The position numbers and the translations under genes were made by a program. The notes under the pieces are model-generated. The model had not been told where the DNA came from. It saw only the letters and a program-made list of their open reading frames with translations, and searched no databases. From Candidatus Heimdallarchaeota archaeon (lineage in GTDB: Archaea; Asgardarchaeota; Heimdallarchaeia; Heimdallarchaeales; Heimdallarchaeaceae), in assembly GCA_018238545.1 (NCBI GenBank), contig JABCTC010000030.1, forward strand, positions 1 to 41,293: a stretch of 41,293 nt of DNA, given 5' to 3'. Positions 27,684-37,431 of this stretch are shown piece after piece (position 1 is the first letter of the stretch; every line of letters begins with the position of its first letter).

Positions 27684-28472
27684 ATGGTAGATGGTTTTTG
27701 TCCTGAACATTCCCCTCAATATTATGAAGAATTTCTAAGAGAAATTAATCATTCTCGTGAATTTCGGAAGAAGATTTATGATAAAATTGGATTGAAAGAT
27801 GCTCGCAGAGTATTAGAAGTTGGGTGTAGAAGCGGTGTTATTAGCAAAGAACTTAGAGCATTCACCGATGCTCAAATAACAGCAATTGACTCTGATCATT
27901 TAGCTATTGCTGAAGCTTCATCCAATATCAAAGGTGTAGAATTCTTTAGAGATACTGAGGAAAAACTATCAATAAGAGATGAATCCTTTGATGTTGTAAT
28001 TTGTCATTATTTCTTCCTTTGGCGAACTAAACCCTTTGGTCTGCTTATGGAATTGAAAAGAGTTTGTAAAACTGGAGGTTATATAGTCGCGTTAGCCGAA
28101 CCTGACTATGATGGTTGGATTGAACATCCAAATTTAGATTTAGGGAAATTCCATAAGGAAAGTCTAAAAGGTCAAGGTGCTAATCCCTCTGTTGGAAGAA
28201 ACTTGCTTTCATTATTTTCCTCAGGAGGGCTTGAAACATCAGTGTTTGTAAATGCAAGGATCTGGCCCAAAGAAGAATTGGAAGATTGTATTGAAAAAGA
28301 ATGGCAAAATGTTCTCAATGAGGGATTCATTTCTGAAGAAGAATACAATAACAAAATTGAGGAAGAAAAAAAGATAATCGCAGAAAATCTTAGAATTATA
28401 GCTTTACCTTTCTTCTCAGCAATCGGCAAAAAAGTTATTCTGGAAGACGACATTATTGATCCATATGATTAA
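27684..28472 (+). CDS. class I SAM-dependent methyltransferase
   Basis: VLEVGCRSG, DESFDVV, RVCKTGG, AEPDY. Confidence 0.85.
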   Translation: MVDGFCPEHSPQYYEEFLREINHSREFRKKIYDKIGLKDARRVLEVGCRSGVISKELRAFTDAQITAIDSDHLAIAEASSNIKGVEFFRDTEEKLSIRDESFDVVICHYFFLWRTKPFGLLMELKRVCKTGGYIVALAEPDYDGWIEHPNLDLGKFHKESLKGQGANPSVGRNLLSLFSSGGLETSVFVNARIWPKEELEDCIEKEWQNVLNEGFISEEEYNNKIEEEKKIIAENLRIIALPFFSAIGKKVILEDDIIDPYD

Positions 28473-28473
28473 C

Positions 28474-29268
28474 TCATTTTTTAGTGATTATTGTCACTAA
28501 ATCCTTACTCATTTTCTCATTAAACTCGGTTTTCTCATAATCTCCAAATAAAGAAAGTACTGCATTTACTTTGTCAGTAAATTCTTTGAAATGATTGCTT
28601 TTTAGAACATAAAATTCCGTTCTTTTCTTATGAAGAATGAAATTTTCACTTTTTTCACCTTCTTGTTGAGCTTTGAGAACATACATTGTTATTTTCTCTT
28701 TCAACTCTTTCCATTCCATAATTCTGACAGTGTATTGGATTTCATCACTGTTACCTCTAAGGATGATAGGTTTATAGAACCACTCTGTCTCGTTTGTATG
28801 GGATAGATAATTAACAACTTGAAAAAGTATTTTTCCTCCCACATTCAGGAGATTATACATCTGATTAAATATTAGAGTTCGTTCTTCTGGAGTGAAGATA
28901 GAAAATGTATTTCCAATACAAGAGATGAAATCGAATTTTTCTCCTTCTAGAGATTCTTCTAATTTTAGCATGTCACCGATAATGAATTTAATTTTACCAT
29001 CTGTTTTATTTCTTTTTGATAACTCTTCGGCAGCTGCAATATTATGTTCAGAAATGTCAATTCCAACACCTCTATAACCCCATTTAGCAAACATAACTAG
29101 ATGATCGCCTGTACCGCAGGAAACGTCTAAAATTCGAGTTTCTGGGTTATCAATACTTTTAATTATTTCATTAAAAAAAGGAGCTTCGTATTTTAGCCTG
29201 CTATCCCATTTAACTAAATCTTGGTAAAGAATTTCGTTTTTCCATTCGATTTCCATATGCAACAACAT
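28474..29268 (-). CDS. class I SAM-dependent methyltransferase
   Basis: ILDVSCGTG, GIDIS, GDM, FDFISCIGN. Confidence 0.9.
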   Translation of the reverse strand: MLLHMEIEWKNEILYQDLVKWDSRLKYEAPFFNEIIKSIDNPETRILDVSCGTGDHLVMFAKWGYRGVGIDISEHNIAAAEELSKRNKTDGKIKFIIGDMLKLEESLEGEKFDFISCIGNTFSIFTPEERTLIFNQMYNLLNVGGKILFQVVNYLSHTNETEWFYKPIILRGNSDEIQYTVRIMEWKELKEKITMYVLKAQQEGEKSENFILHKKRTEFYVLKSNHFKEFTDKVNAVLSLFGDYEKTEFNEKMSKDLVTIITKK

Positions 29269-29322
29269 ACAGAGAAGTTCTTTCTTCTTAATTTTATTCT
29301 TCTAACAATAAATTGTTCTGAA

Positions 29323-30249
29323 CTACATGAACTCCCATTCTCTCCAGTTTGATTCCAAAACATCTACAACAGCTTTTGGTCCATGGAATTTTATAACATC
29401 CTGCCTATTTATTTGGGACTTCTTTTTTAATAAACTAAGAATAGTTTTTTTAGTTTCTTCTGGTTTAGGATCTATATAGTGAACCATATTTTTCATCCCT
29501 TCAAAATCGAAGTATTTGTCTTCATAATATGTTCCTACTGGAACCTCACAAAGAAGTGATTCTAAAGAGACAACGTTGTAACTTTTACCAGTCTTTGGAT
29601 TAATGTGATCGAGTATGTAATCACAGGAATTCATAGTTTCAAGCATTTGGTCCCTTGGTATTGGTTTATTTTTAAATTCTATATTCAATCCTTCCTCTTC
29701 AATTATAGTGTCTATAGCTTTTTCAAATTTAGTAGAGCCTTTGATTTTAGGAGAATGAGTAAAATGACCAACAATATAATCTATACCATTATTATCCTTG
29801 TATGCTTCTTTTTTCTCTTTTATCTCCTCAATTGGGTAAAATAGTTCTGGATCAATAGCTCTTGGAAGAAAAACTGATTCTTTGCTATAATCCAGTAGTT
29901 CTCTTAAACTTACAAATGAGGGATATTGCGGTTTAGTGTAACCCAATCTCAATTCTGAACCATTGTAATAGAAACAAGTGTTGGAAGCCCTAACGCATTT
30001 AGGGTATGTTCCATTAACTATTTGAATATCTGCTTTCTTGAAAATTCTTCCTGCTGTTTCCCAAAATCCTGTCCTAATATAGTTAAATAACAAAGGTCCT
30101 TGAACTGAACCAAGTTTATGGTAGTCTTCGGGGAGATCTGCGAATTTGTTATCTTGAAGAAAGTATTCTACTCTATAATCTCTATTGGCTAATTCAGTTC
30201 CAATTCTTTTGCTGATACTTGCATAATCTCCAACTATTGTTACCTTCAA
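29323..30249 (-). CDS. GT-B (GT4-like) glycosyltransferase
   Basis: LPRAIDPELF, KIKGS, MNSCDYILD, VSLESLLCEVPV; likely TTG start at 30249. Confidence 0.65.
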   Translation of the reverse strand: MKVTIVGDYASISKRIGTELANRDYRVEYFLQDNKFADLPEDYHKLGSVQGPLLFNYIRTGFWETAGRIFKKADIQIVNGTYPKCVRASNTCFYYNGSELRLGYTKPQYPSFVSLRELLDYSKESVFLPRAIDPELFYPIEEIKEKKEAYKDNNGIDYIVGHFTHSPKIKGSTKFEKAIDTIIEEEGLNIEFKNKPIPRDQMLETMNSCDYILDHINPKTGKSYNVVSLESLLCEVPVGTYYEDKYFDFEGMKNMVHYIDPKPEETKKTILSLLKKKSQINRQDVIKFHGPKAVVDVLESNWREWEFM

Positions 30250-30332
30250 TTTTATCCGATAATATTGACAAAATAAGTGTATAAAACTGTTGCCCAATCT
30301 TTAGAGAACATACTACCAGAAAATAGTAATAA

Positions 30333-30881
30333 TTATAATGAATAGGATTTTAACTTATCCATTTCTTCATGCATTAAATTTTTAGCTTCATAGATGTTGT
30401 TGTCTAATCGCAGAGCATTTTTGAAACAATCTATAGCTTTGTCACCAGTATACATTTTACCTAGTTTCAACCAGTCTTCAGATGATTGTGGTTGTTTACC
30501 TTCAATGATATAATGAAGACACTCACAAGGTTCTCCGAATTCAACAAATACCATTTCTTGATCAATAATTGACGTTGAATTTAATGGCAAAACTTCAGAA
30601 AAGAAATTGCTCTGATATTGAGGATTTTGATACTTCTTTGAAACTAACCAAATCCATCTTGGGGGGTCTACTTTCGAAAGAAGCACATGTGATTTATGCT
30701 CTATCTTAGTTTTACATCTTGGGCAATATGAAAAATTAAAATTTCCTTCCATTATCTCTTTCAAACATTTTGAGTCTTCAGAAAGATTGATCGACTCGCA
30801 TACTCTTTTTTTCACTTTCGTTCCACAATTGGAACATGTAATTTCCTTTAAAGGCAAATTGAACCCCTTACCTATTCTCAA
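30333..30881 (-). CDS. CpXC-domain protein with C-terminal TPR-like helix
   Basis: ITCSNCG...SIN...IMEGNFN..YCPRC; AIDCFKNALRLD. Confidence 0.7.
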   Translation of the reverse strand: MRIGKGFNLPLKEITCSNCGTKVKKRVCESINLSEDSKCLKEIMEGNFNFSYCPRCKTKIEHKSHVLLSKVDPPRWIWLVSKKYQNPQYQSNFFSEVLPLNSTSIIDQEMVFVEFGEPCECLHYIIEGKQPQSSEDWLKLGKMYTGDKAIDCFKNALRLDNNIYEAKNLMHEEMDKLKSYSL

Positions 30882-30933
30882 ACTAGTAGATTCACCTTAT
30901 AGTTTATAAATACTGTCATTAAATATTGAACAT

Positions 30934-31425
30934 ATGGGAAAGCAGAAGACAGTTAGAAGGCTTCTAATAAGCAGTATACTCATTTCTCTCTTAGGTTTTT
31001 TCGATGCAATTTATCTTTTATATTCCGATTTAGTCGGAGTGATATATTGTCCTCTGGAAGAAGGGATGTTACAATGTGGAAAAGTTCAGGAGTGGATTGA
31101 ATTAGAACCTTTAATCCTCCATCCGAGTTTATGGGGAACTCTTTTCTATCTCGCAGTAATTGCCTTACTCTTCCTCTCCGTTAGTCAAAATAATCCATAT
31201 TGGTTGGGTTTCTTCTTGCCACTTGCAGGAATAGTAGGACTAGGATTCTCGATTTTCTTAACTTTCCTAGAAATATTTGTTATAAAATATTTTTGCGAAT
31301 TCTGTATATTTTCCGCACTTTGTACGTTAACGCTGTTTATTCTGATTATTATAGCAAAAAAAATGAAACAAGGTTCGATTTTTGCAAATCTAGATTTTTG
31401 GAATATGTACAAGAAAGTAGAGTGA
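30934..31425 (+). CDS. vitamin K epoxide reductase (VKOR) family protein
   Basis: loop Cys pair C...CGKV, 4 TMs, FLTFLEIFVIKYFCEFC. Confidence 0.88.
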   Translation: MGKQKTVRRLLISSILISLLGFFDAIYLLYSDLVGVIYCPLEEGMLQCGKVQEWIELEPLILHPSLWGTLFYLAVIALLFLSVSQNNPYWLGFFLPLAGIVGLGFSIFLTFLEIFVIKYFCEFCIFSALCTLTLFILIIIAKKMKQGSIFANLDFWNMYKKVE

Positions 31426-31493
31426 TTTTTCTATCTCTTCATTTCTGTCTTTCAAACAAACTTAAATTACATAAATGAAACCTACTACATGGC

Positions 31494-32897
31494 ATGCAAA
31501 TTACGAATAGTATTGATTATTCTAAGTTAAATCGCAAGAATAGACTTTCTGGTACTGCAAGTGAGTTATCCCCTGAAGTTGCTTCCACACTCGGCGCTAT
31601 TCTAGGGAGTTATTTAGGTGGTGAAGAAGCTGTTGTTATTTCTGCTCGAGATTTTAGAAAGGATACAAGAATGATTAGTCGAGCTTTTAATGCTGGATTA
31701 ATTAGTGTAGGAACGACTGTTTTTGAATTGCATGCGAGTTCTTTACCAGTTCTACAATTTGCTCTTCGCAGATTTAGTGCTCATGCAGGAGTTCATTTTG
31801 CTGCAGCACATAGATCTCCAGAGAAAATCAACATTCGTATTTTTGATCAAACAAGCATAGAACTAACTTTCTCAGATATTTTTTCTGATGAGAAGATAAA
31901 AAGTAGAAAAATAGTTCGTTCTAAGCCTGAAAAAATAGCTGATATTCTTTCTGTGAAGCAAGCTAATGATTTGTACCGTGCAGCTATAAGTTCAGCTCTT
32001 GGTAAAGATATACTTAAAGAGAAGAATTTTTCAGTTGTTCTAGATTGTGCACTAGGTCCTATGAGTGAAGTTTTTCCAAACATTCTAGCAGAAATAGGAT
32101 GTAATGTTTTAACTCTAAATGCTTTCAAACCTGAAGGGATACCTGAATCTCTCCCTAGTCCAAACTCCTTATCGATTCTCTCCAGAACCGTAGTTGCTGC
32201 TAAAGCTGATCTCGGGATTGCTTTTGATCCTAGTGGTTCTAGAGTGATATTTTTTGATGAGAATGGTAAAATCATAGATACACAGAAAATTGCGGCTATT
32301 TTAATTCAGAACAAAATGATTGGAAGAGACAAAGGGACTGTTGTTCTATCTGAAACAATGTGGCCACTAGAAGATTGGTTGGTGAAAAACAATATTACAA
32401 CTATATATGCACATGATTCTCCAGGAGAAACTTCAAGAGCTATGCAATTTCATAGAGCTCTTTTTGGCGCGACTGCTCAAGGAAATTATATACACCCCAC
32501 TATGTCCAATGAATCAGAGCCATTTGCATCAACTCTGTATTTACTTTCCACTTTTGCTCGTGATGGTAAACACAAATACATATCGACCTTTGTTGAACAG
32601 TGGGATGTCCTTAACAAAGAATTCACCGAAGAAAAAAACTATAATCTACTTTCTAAAGCTAAAGAGTTCTTTGAGGTAATATATGAGAAAGATATGGAAA
32701 ACAGAATTGTCAACACTCTTTATGGGTTAAAAATAGTCTATGGAGAAAGGAAGAGTTGCCATATCTTCACCACAATAATCCCTGATCGTGTAACAGTTAG
32801 AGCATGTGCTGAAAAACAAGAAGATAGAGAAGAAATCATGAGAAAAACGCTCGAAATAGTAGAATCTGTAGATCGTGATATACATGAAAAAAAGTAA
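31494..32897 (+). CDS. phosphoglucomutase/phosphomannomutase-fold protein with degenerate catalytic motifs
   Basis: ARDFR, VVLDC, ADLGIAFD; AAAHRSP replaces TASHNP and DPSGSR replaces DGDADR. Confidence 0.8.
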   Translation: MQITNSIDYSKLNRKNRLSGTASELSPEVASTLGAILGSYLGGEEAVVISARDFRKDTRMISRAFNAGLISVGTTVFELHASSLPVLQFALRRFSAHAGVHFAAAHRSPEKINIRIFDQTSIELTFSDIFSDEKIKSRKIVRSKPEKIADILSVKQANDLYRAAISSALGKDILKEKNFSVVLDCALGPMSEVFPNILAEIGCNVLTLNAFKPEGIPESLPSPNSLSILSRTVVAAKADLGIAFDPSGSRVIFFDENGKIIDTQKIAAILIQNKMIGRDKGTVVLSETMWPLEDWLVKNNITTIYAHDSPGETSRAMQFHRALFGATAQGNYIHPTMSNESEPFASTLYLLSTFARDGKHKYISTFVEQWDVLNKEFTEEKNYNLLSKAKEFFEVIYEKDMENRIVNTLYGLKIVYGERKSCHIFTTIIPDRVTVRACAEKQEDREEIMRKTLEIVESVDRDIHEKK

Positions 32898-33027
32898 GAA
32901 TGGGGAAAAAGAGAACCAATTCTATTGTTTAAAATGCGGTAAGAAAATAGGTCGAAAAGAGAATTATTGTTCAGTATGTGGTCTGGATTTTGATTTAAGA
33001 AGATGCTACCCCCACAATTTGTTGTGA
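32884..33027 (+). CDS. small zinc-ribbon protein (47 aa; absent from the ORF track)
   Basis: MKKSKNGEKENQFYCLKCGKKIGRKENYCSVCGLDFDLRRCYPHNLL; GTGAT upstream. Confidence 0.65.
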   Translation: MKKSKNGEKENQFYCLKCGKKIGRKENYCSVCGLDFDLRRCYPHNLL

Positions 33028-33081
33028 AAGATTCTTCTACTCTTCACAAAATTAAAGAATAGGTCTTATCAGTATCAACTA

Positions 33082-34800
33082 ATGGCAATTGGATACTTTT
33101 CGTTAGTTTTGCATGGGCATTTACCTTATGTTTTAGGCTATGGTGTTTGGCCACATGGTGAAGTGATGCTTTACGAAGCCGCCTCAGAAACATACTGTCC
33201 TACATTATCTTTGTTATCAGACTTTGTTGAAAAAAAAGGCTATTCCAATATGTTAACTTTGGGGTTAACTCCTGTTCTAACAGAACAATTATCAGATAAT
33301 CGTTTCAAATCAGGTTTTTTAGATTATCTTAACGAAAGAATAGACGTTAGTAACAAAGATACAGATGAATTTCAAGCATCAGGTAATGATGAATTTGCTA
33401 AATTGTCCAAAAGATGGTCTCAACTATATGGTTCTGTTAAAGAACAATTCACAGAACGATTCAATCAAGATCTGGTTGGAGGATACAAGTCTTTACAAGA
33501 TAAAAAGGCAATTGAGATTATAACAAGCGGGATTTCCCATGGATATCTTCCCCTACTTGGTAAAGAAGAGACAGTTTATGCCCAAATAAGAGCTGGACAA
33601 GAAATTTATAAGAAACGATATGGAAAGCAACCGTCAAAGGGTATCTGGATACCAGAGATGGCTTATCGTCCTGGTTACAACTGGGAAAATCCAATAACAG
33701 GAGAAGAGTTTGAAAGGAAAGGAATCGAATATTATTTGAGCTTGAATGATGTCAAATACTCAATTCTTAATACTCCTTTACTTAATGAAGGAAAAAGTAT
33801 TGGACAGAATATTGAAGATGCTGAAGTGATTCAACAACTGTGGAAAAGGTCTGAAAAAAGAGAGAAAATTGAACAAGAAGAAGTTCTTTCTTATTACCAA
33901 CCTTACTATTTAGCAAAAACAAAAGAATCTTCCAGTGAGACAGCAATATTCATCCGAGATGATAAAACAGGAGCAATTGTTTGGTCAGGAGAAATTGGTT
34001 TTCCAGGTGATGAGTATTACTTAGAATTCCATAAAAAGCACTTTCCATCAGGAAATAGATATTGGAGAGTAACAGGAACTCAAGTTGATTTAGGTGAGAA
34101 AAAAGTCTATATTCCAGAAAAAATTGTCGAAAGACTTGATGAGAACTCTTCCTATTTTGTTGGAATAGTCAAAGAAACTTTAGTTAAGTTTCATGAAGAA
34201 AACACCTATCCTGGAATAATTGTGAGCCCCTACGACTTCGAGCTGTTTGGCCATTGGTGGGCAGAGGGGGTAGGATTCTTGGACAGAATTATCCGAACAT
34301 TTCAAGAAGATGAAGAAATCTCAACTATCACAACAGGTAATTATCTGTCGAAATTTCCTTCTTCAAAGAAAACAATTGTATCATTACCTGAGGGTTCTTG
34401 GGGAAGAGCAAATTTCCATTGGAATTGGATAAATCCAGAAACTCTATGGTGCTGGAAAAAAATCTATGAATGCGAAACTATCTATCTCCAAACAATCAAG
34501 ATATTTCTTAAGAATAAAGGGAAAGAGGAAATCCTAAAAAGAATATTAAATCAGATGGGAAGAGAACTATTTCTTTTATCAGCATCAGATTGGGAATTCC
34601 TGATTTCAACATATTCTGCAAGAGATTACGCAGAAGCGAGGATAAATACTCACTATAATAATTTCAAAGAGCTCCTCAGTATGTACAATCTTAAAATAGA
34701 CTCACGAACAATAAATATTGCGTTTTTAGAAAAATTAGAAAAAACAGATAATATTGCAGCAACTGAAGATGTTTATGAGTGGTTTGAAATACCCTCATAA
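33082..34800 (+). CDS. GH57 1,4-alpha-glucan branching enzyme (DUF1957 type)
   Basis: LHGHLPYV, HGYLPL, WIPEMAY, YLEFHKK, YDFELFGHWW, SASDWEF. Confidence 0.92.
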   Translation: MAIGYFSLVLHGHLPYVLGYGVWPHGEVMLYEAASETYCPTLSLLSDFVEKKGYSNMLTLGLTPVLTEQLSDNRFKSGFLDYLNERIDVSNKDTDEFQASGNDEFAKLSKRWSQLYGSVKEQFTERFNQDLVGGYKSLQDKKAIEIITSGISHGYLPLLGKEETVYAQIRAGQEIYKKRYGKQPSKGIWIPEMAYRPGYNWENPITGEEFERKGIEYYLSLNDVKYSILNTPLLNEGKSIGQNIEDAEVIQQLWKRSEKREKIEQEEVLSYYQPYYLAKTKESSSETAIFIRDDKTGAIVWSGEIGFPGDEYYLEFHKKHFPSGNRYWRVTGTQVDLGEKKVYIPEKIVERLDENSSYFVGIVKETLVKFHEENTYPGIIVSPYDFELFGHWWAEGVGFLDRIIRTFQEDEEISTITTGNYLSKFPSSKKTIVSLPEGSWGRANFHWNWINPETLWCWKKIYECETIYLQTIKIFLKNKGKEEILKRILNQMGRELFLLSASDWEFLISTYSARDYAEARINTHYNNFKELLSMYNLKIDSRTINIAFLEKLEKTDNIAATEDVYEWFEIPS

Positions 34801-34806
34801 AACAAC

Positions 34807-36261
34807 TCATTTCTTTGCCAAAGCTTTGTCGTAAACCTTCTGCCACTTTTTAGCTACTTTTTTCCAGGAGAAATCTAATTCCATAATCCTCCTAGTCAAT
34901 TTTTTCCAAGTGTCAGGCTCTTCATAGTATATTTTTACAGCTCTTTTAACAGCCTTAAAGAAGTCTTTTTGAGTGCTTTTCTCAAAAACAAATCCATATC
35001 CTTCTTTTGTTTTAGGATCGAAATCTTTGACTGTATCAGAAAGACCTCCAGTTTTACGAACTATAGGAACCGTTCCATAAATCATTGAATATATTTGATT
35101 TAAACCACAAGGCTCGTATTCTGAAGGCATCAGAAACATATCTGAAGCTGCTTCAATTTGATGTGCAAGAACATTATCAAACATGATATTGATAGAACAA
35201 TCATCTGGATATTGTTTCTCTTTCTTCTTGAATTGTGTCTCTAGGGTTTTGTCACCAGTACCTAGCAAAATAATTTGAACACCAAGTTCCATCATTTCGT
35301 CAAACTTTTTGAGAATTAAGTATAAACCTTTTTGAGTGGCTAAACGTGTGATTATGCCTAATATAGGTTTGTCATTCAATTCCATGTTTAATTTTCCTTG
35401 CAAGTAGCTTTTGCATTCTGCTTTTCCTTTAAGATTTCTTGAATCATAATTCTTGACAATAAGTGTATCAGTTTTAGGACTCCATATTGATAAATCCACT
35501 CCATGGACAATTCCATAAAGATCATCTTTACGAGTTTTAATGATTTTTTCAAGCCCAAAACCGAATTTTTTAGTTTGGATTTCTTCTGCATATTTTGAAC
35601 TGACTGTTGTCACAATTGTTGAATATACTATACCAGCTTTCATGAAATTTAGTTTTTTGTTAAAACCTAGTAGATCTTCATTTAAGTATAATTCTGGTAT
35701 ATTAGCCTCTTTGACAGATTCAAAAGGATAAATGCCTTGATAACCTATGTTGTGAATTGTGTAGATGGTTTTTGTATTTTTGAACAACTTGTTTTCTGAA
35801 TAATCTGTTCTTAAGTAGAAAGGTAATAGACCAGTATGCCAATCATTAGCATGAATTATATCAGGTGCAAAATCCAGGTTTTCAAGAATTTTGAAGACAG
35901 CTTTGGTGAATGTAATAAATCTCATTGGACTGTCTTTATAATCAATGCCATCAGTATCGACATATATTCCTTCACGATAGAGATAATGATTTTTAACAAA
36001 ATAAACTGGAACTTTTGATTTTGGAATATAAGATATAAATAGATCAAATACTTCTTCTCTTTCTCCTACTTTTGCTAAATTGTTCTCTGACACTAATTTG
36101 ATTTTATGCTTTTTTGTGTCAATACTCTTATACAAAGGAGTAATGATTAAAACTTCATTACCTAAATCACTTAATGCCTTTGGAATGGCAGATGAGACAT
36201 CAGCTAACCCACCAGTTTTTGAAAAAGGTACGACTTCAGCAGTTATGAATGCTATTTTCAT
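34807..36261 (-). CDS. glgA: glycogen synthase
   Basis: KTGGLADV, HANDWHTG, TIHNIGYQG, MPSEYEPCGLNQ, RKTGGLSDTV. Confidence 0.96.
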   Translation of the reverse strand: MKIAFITAEVVPFSKTGGLADVSSAIPKALSDLGNEVLIITPLYKSIDTKKHKIKLVSENNLAKVGEREEVFDLFISYIPKSKVPVYFVKNHYLYREGIYVDTDGIDYKDSPMRFITFTKAVFKILENLDFAPDIIHANDWHTGLLPFYLRTDYSENKLFKNTKTIYTIHNIGYQGIYPFESVKEANIPELYLNEDLLGFNKKLNFMKAGIVYSTIVTTVSSKYAEEIQTKKFGFGLEKIIKTRKDDLYGIVHGVDLSIWSPKTDTLIVKNYDSRNLKGKAECKSYLQGKLNMELNDKPILGIITRLATQKGLYLILKKFDEMMELGVQIILLGTGDKTLETQFKKKEKQYPDDCSINIMFDNVLAHQIEAASDMFLMPSEYEPCGLNQIYSMIYGTVPIVRKTGGLSDTVKDFDPKTKEGYGFVFEKSTQKDFFKAVKRAVKIYYEEPDTWKKLTRRIMELDFSWKKVAKKWQKVYDKALAKK

Positions 36262-36262
36262 T

Positions 36263-37429
36263 TTATTTACCTACGTTTGTTAGTATTTGTTCTATTTTTT
36301 GAATAATTTCATCTGATTCTTTTAAAATCATTTGTTTTAAGTCCTCTTCTAGCTCATTTGTCATGCTATCCAAGACAAGACGTTGATAGTTTAATCCAAC
36401 AAGTATCAATTCTTCTCTATAAAACCCATGTTGCATTTTTAAGCCAGAAGCCCACCAAAGTTGGCAAGAATAATGTGCAGCTTGGTAATCGTCCACCCAT
36501 AATCCACTATCTATTTTTTCTTTGACTTTTTCAAGTAATTTCATGTGTTCAAGTAGTAATTTATGCACTGGGTTATCTGGATGGTTCCACAAAGGAAGAT
36601 GATTTTGTTTCTGATAATCTTCATTAGAAGTTGACCAAGAAGTGAAATATAGAAAATCTATAGGTGTTGATATATTATAGTTAATTTGAAACTCTGTCAA
36701 AGTGATTGTTGAAACCCTATTCGCTATCTCAAAGAAGAAGTTATAATAGTTTGAATGGTGTTCTCCAAAAGTTTCCAAATCCATAGCTAACACCACTGGC
36801 AATTTATCAAGTTTATGAGTGCGCGATATTTCATTTTCTAATTTTGTAGCTTCTCTCTTATAATAATCAAAAGAGATTCTGTTGCTAATAATCTTATTTC
36901 GTTTTAGAATGAAGATTTCTTCTCCGTTATCTAATTGGTATATTCCACCGTAAGTTACATTAAGAGAATTAGCGGCACTTATCATGATCTTGAACCCTTC
37001 CTTAATGATAATTGGTATATTCTCTGGATTCAAAGCTAATTCGGGTGGGAAAAAAGCTGTGGGAGTTTTACCAAAAATACCTGAAACAGCAAAGTTTTGT
37101 TTTTGTATCTGATATGCTTGGTCTACTTGTCTGGTCAAAGGTAGAATTGGATGATAAAAAGCTGAACCCATTAATTCTATCTGATTGTTATCTTTAGCTT
37201 TTTCAATCAATTTAACTATTTCAGGATATTCCATTGTTAATTTCTCTAACAAACATCCTGCGATGTTTAGAGAAATTTTAACTGAAGGATTATCTATAAG
37301 TTTTTCAAAAAATGGTTTATAACATTTTTCGATTATTCTTTCAAGAACCTCTTTTGATTGAGTTATAGGTTGATATGCGTGAAGAATGAATAAGACGGTG
37401 GGTTTTTCGTTTTCAGTCATCAAAAGCAT
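36263..37429 (-). CDS. GH57 family alpha-amylase/amylopullanase-like protein
   Basis: HAYQP, YHPILPL, FPPEL, MDLETFGEH, SCQLWWAS. Confidence 0.85.
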   Translation of the reverse strand: MLLMTENEKPTVLFILHAYQPITQSKEVLERIIEKCYKPFFEKLIDNPSVKISLNIAGCLLEKLTMEYPEIVKLIEKAKDNNQIELMGSAFYHPILPLTRQVDQAYQIQKQNFAVSGIFGKTPTAFFPPELALNPENIPIIIKEGFKIMISAANSLNVTYGGIYQLDNGEEIFILKRNKIISNRISFDYYKREATKLENEISRTHKLDKLPVVLAMDLETFGEHHSNYYNFFFEIANRVSTITLTEFQINYNISTPIDFLYFTSWSTSNEDYQKQNHLPLWNHPDNPVHKLLLEHMKLLEKVKEKIDSGLWVDDYQAAHYSCQLWWASGLKMQHGFYREELILVGLNYQRLVLDSMTNELEEDLKQMILKESDEIIQKIEQILTNVGK

Positions 37430-37431
37430 CC

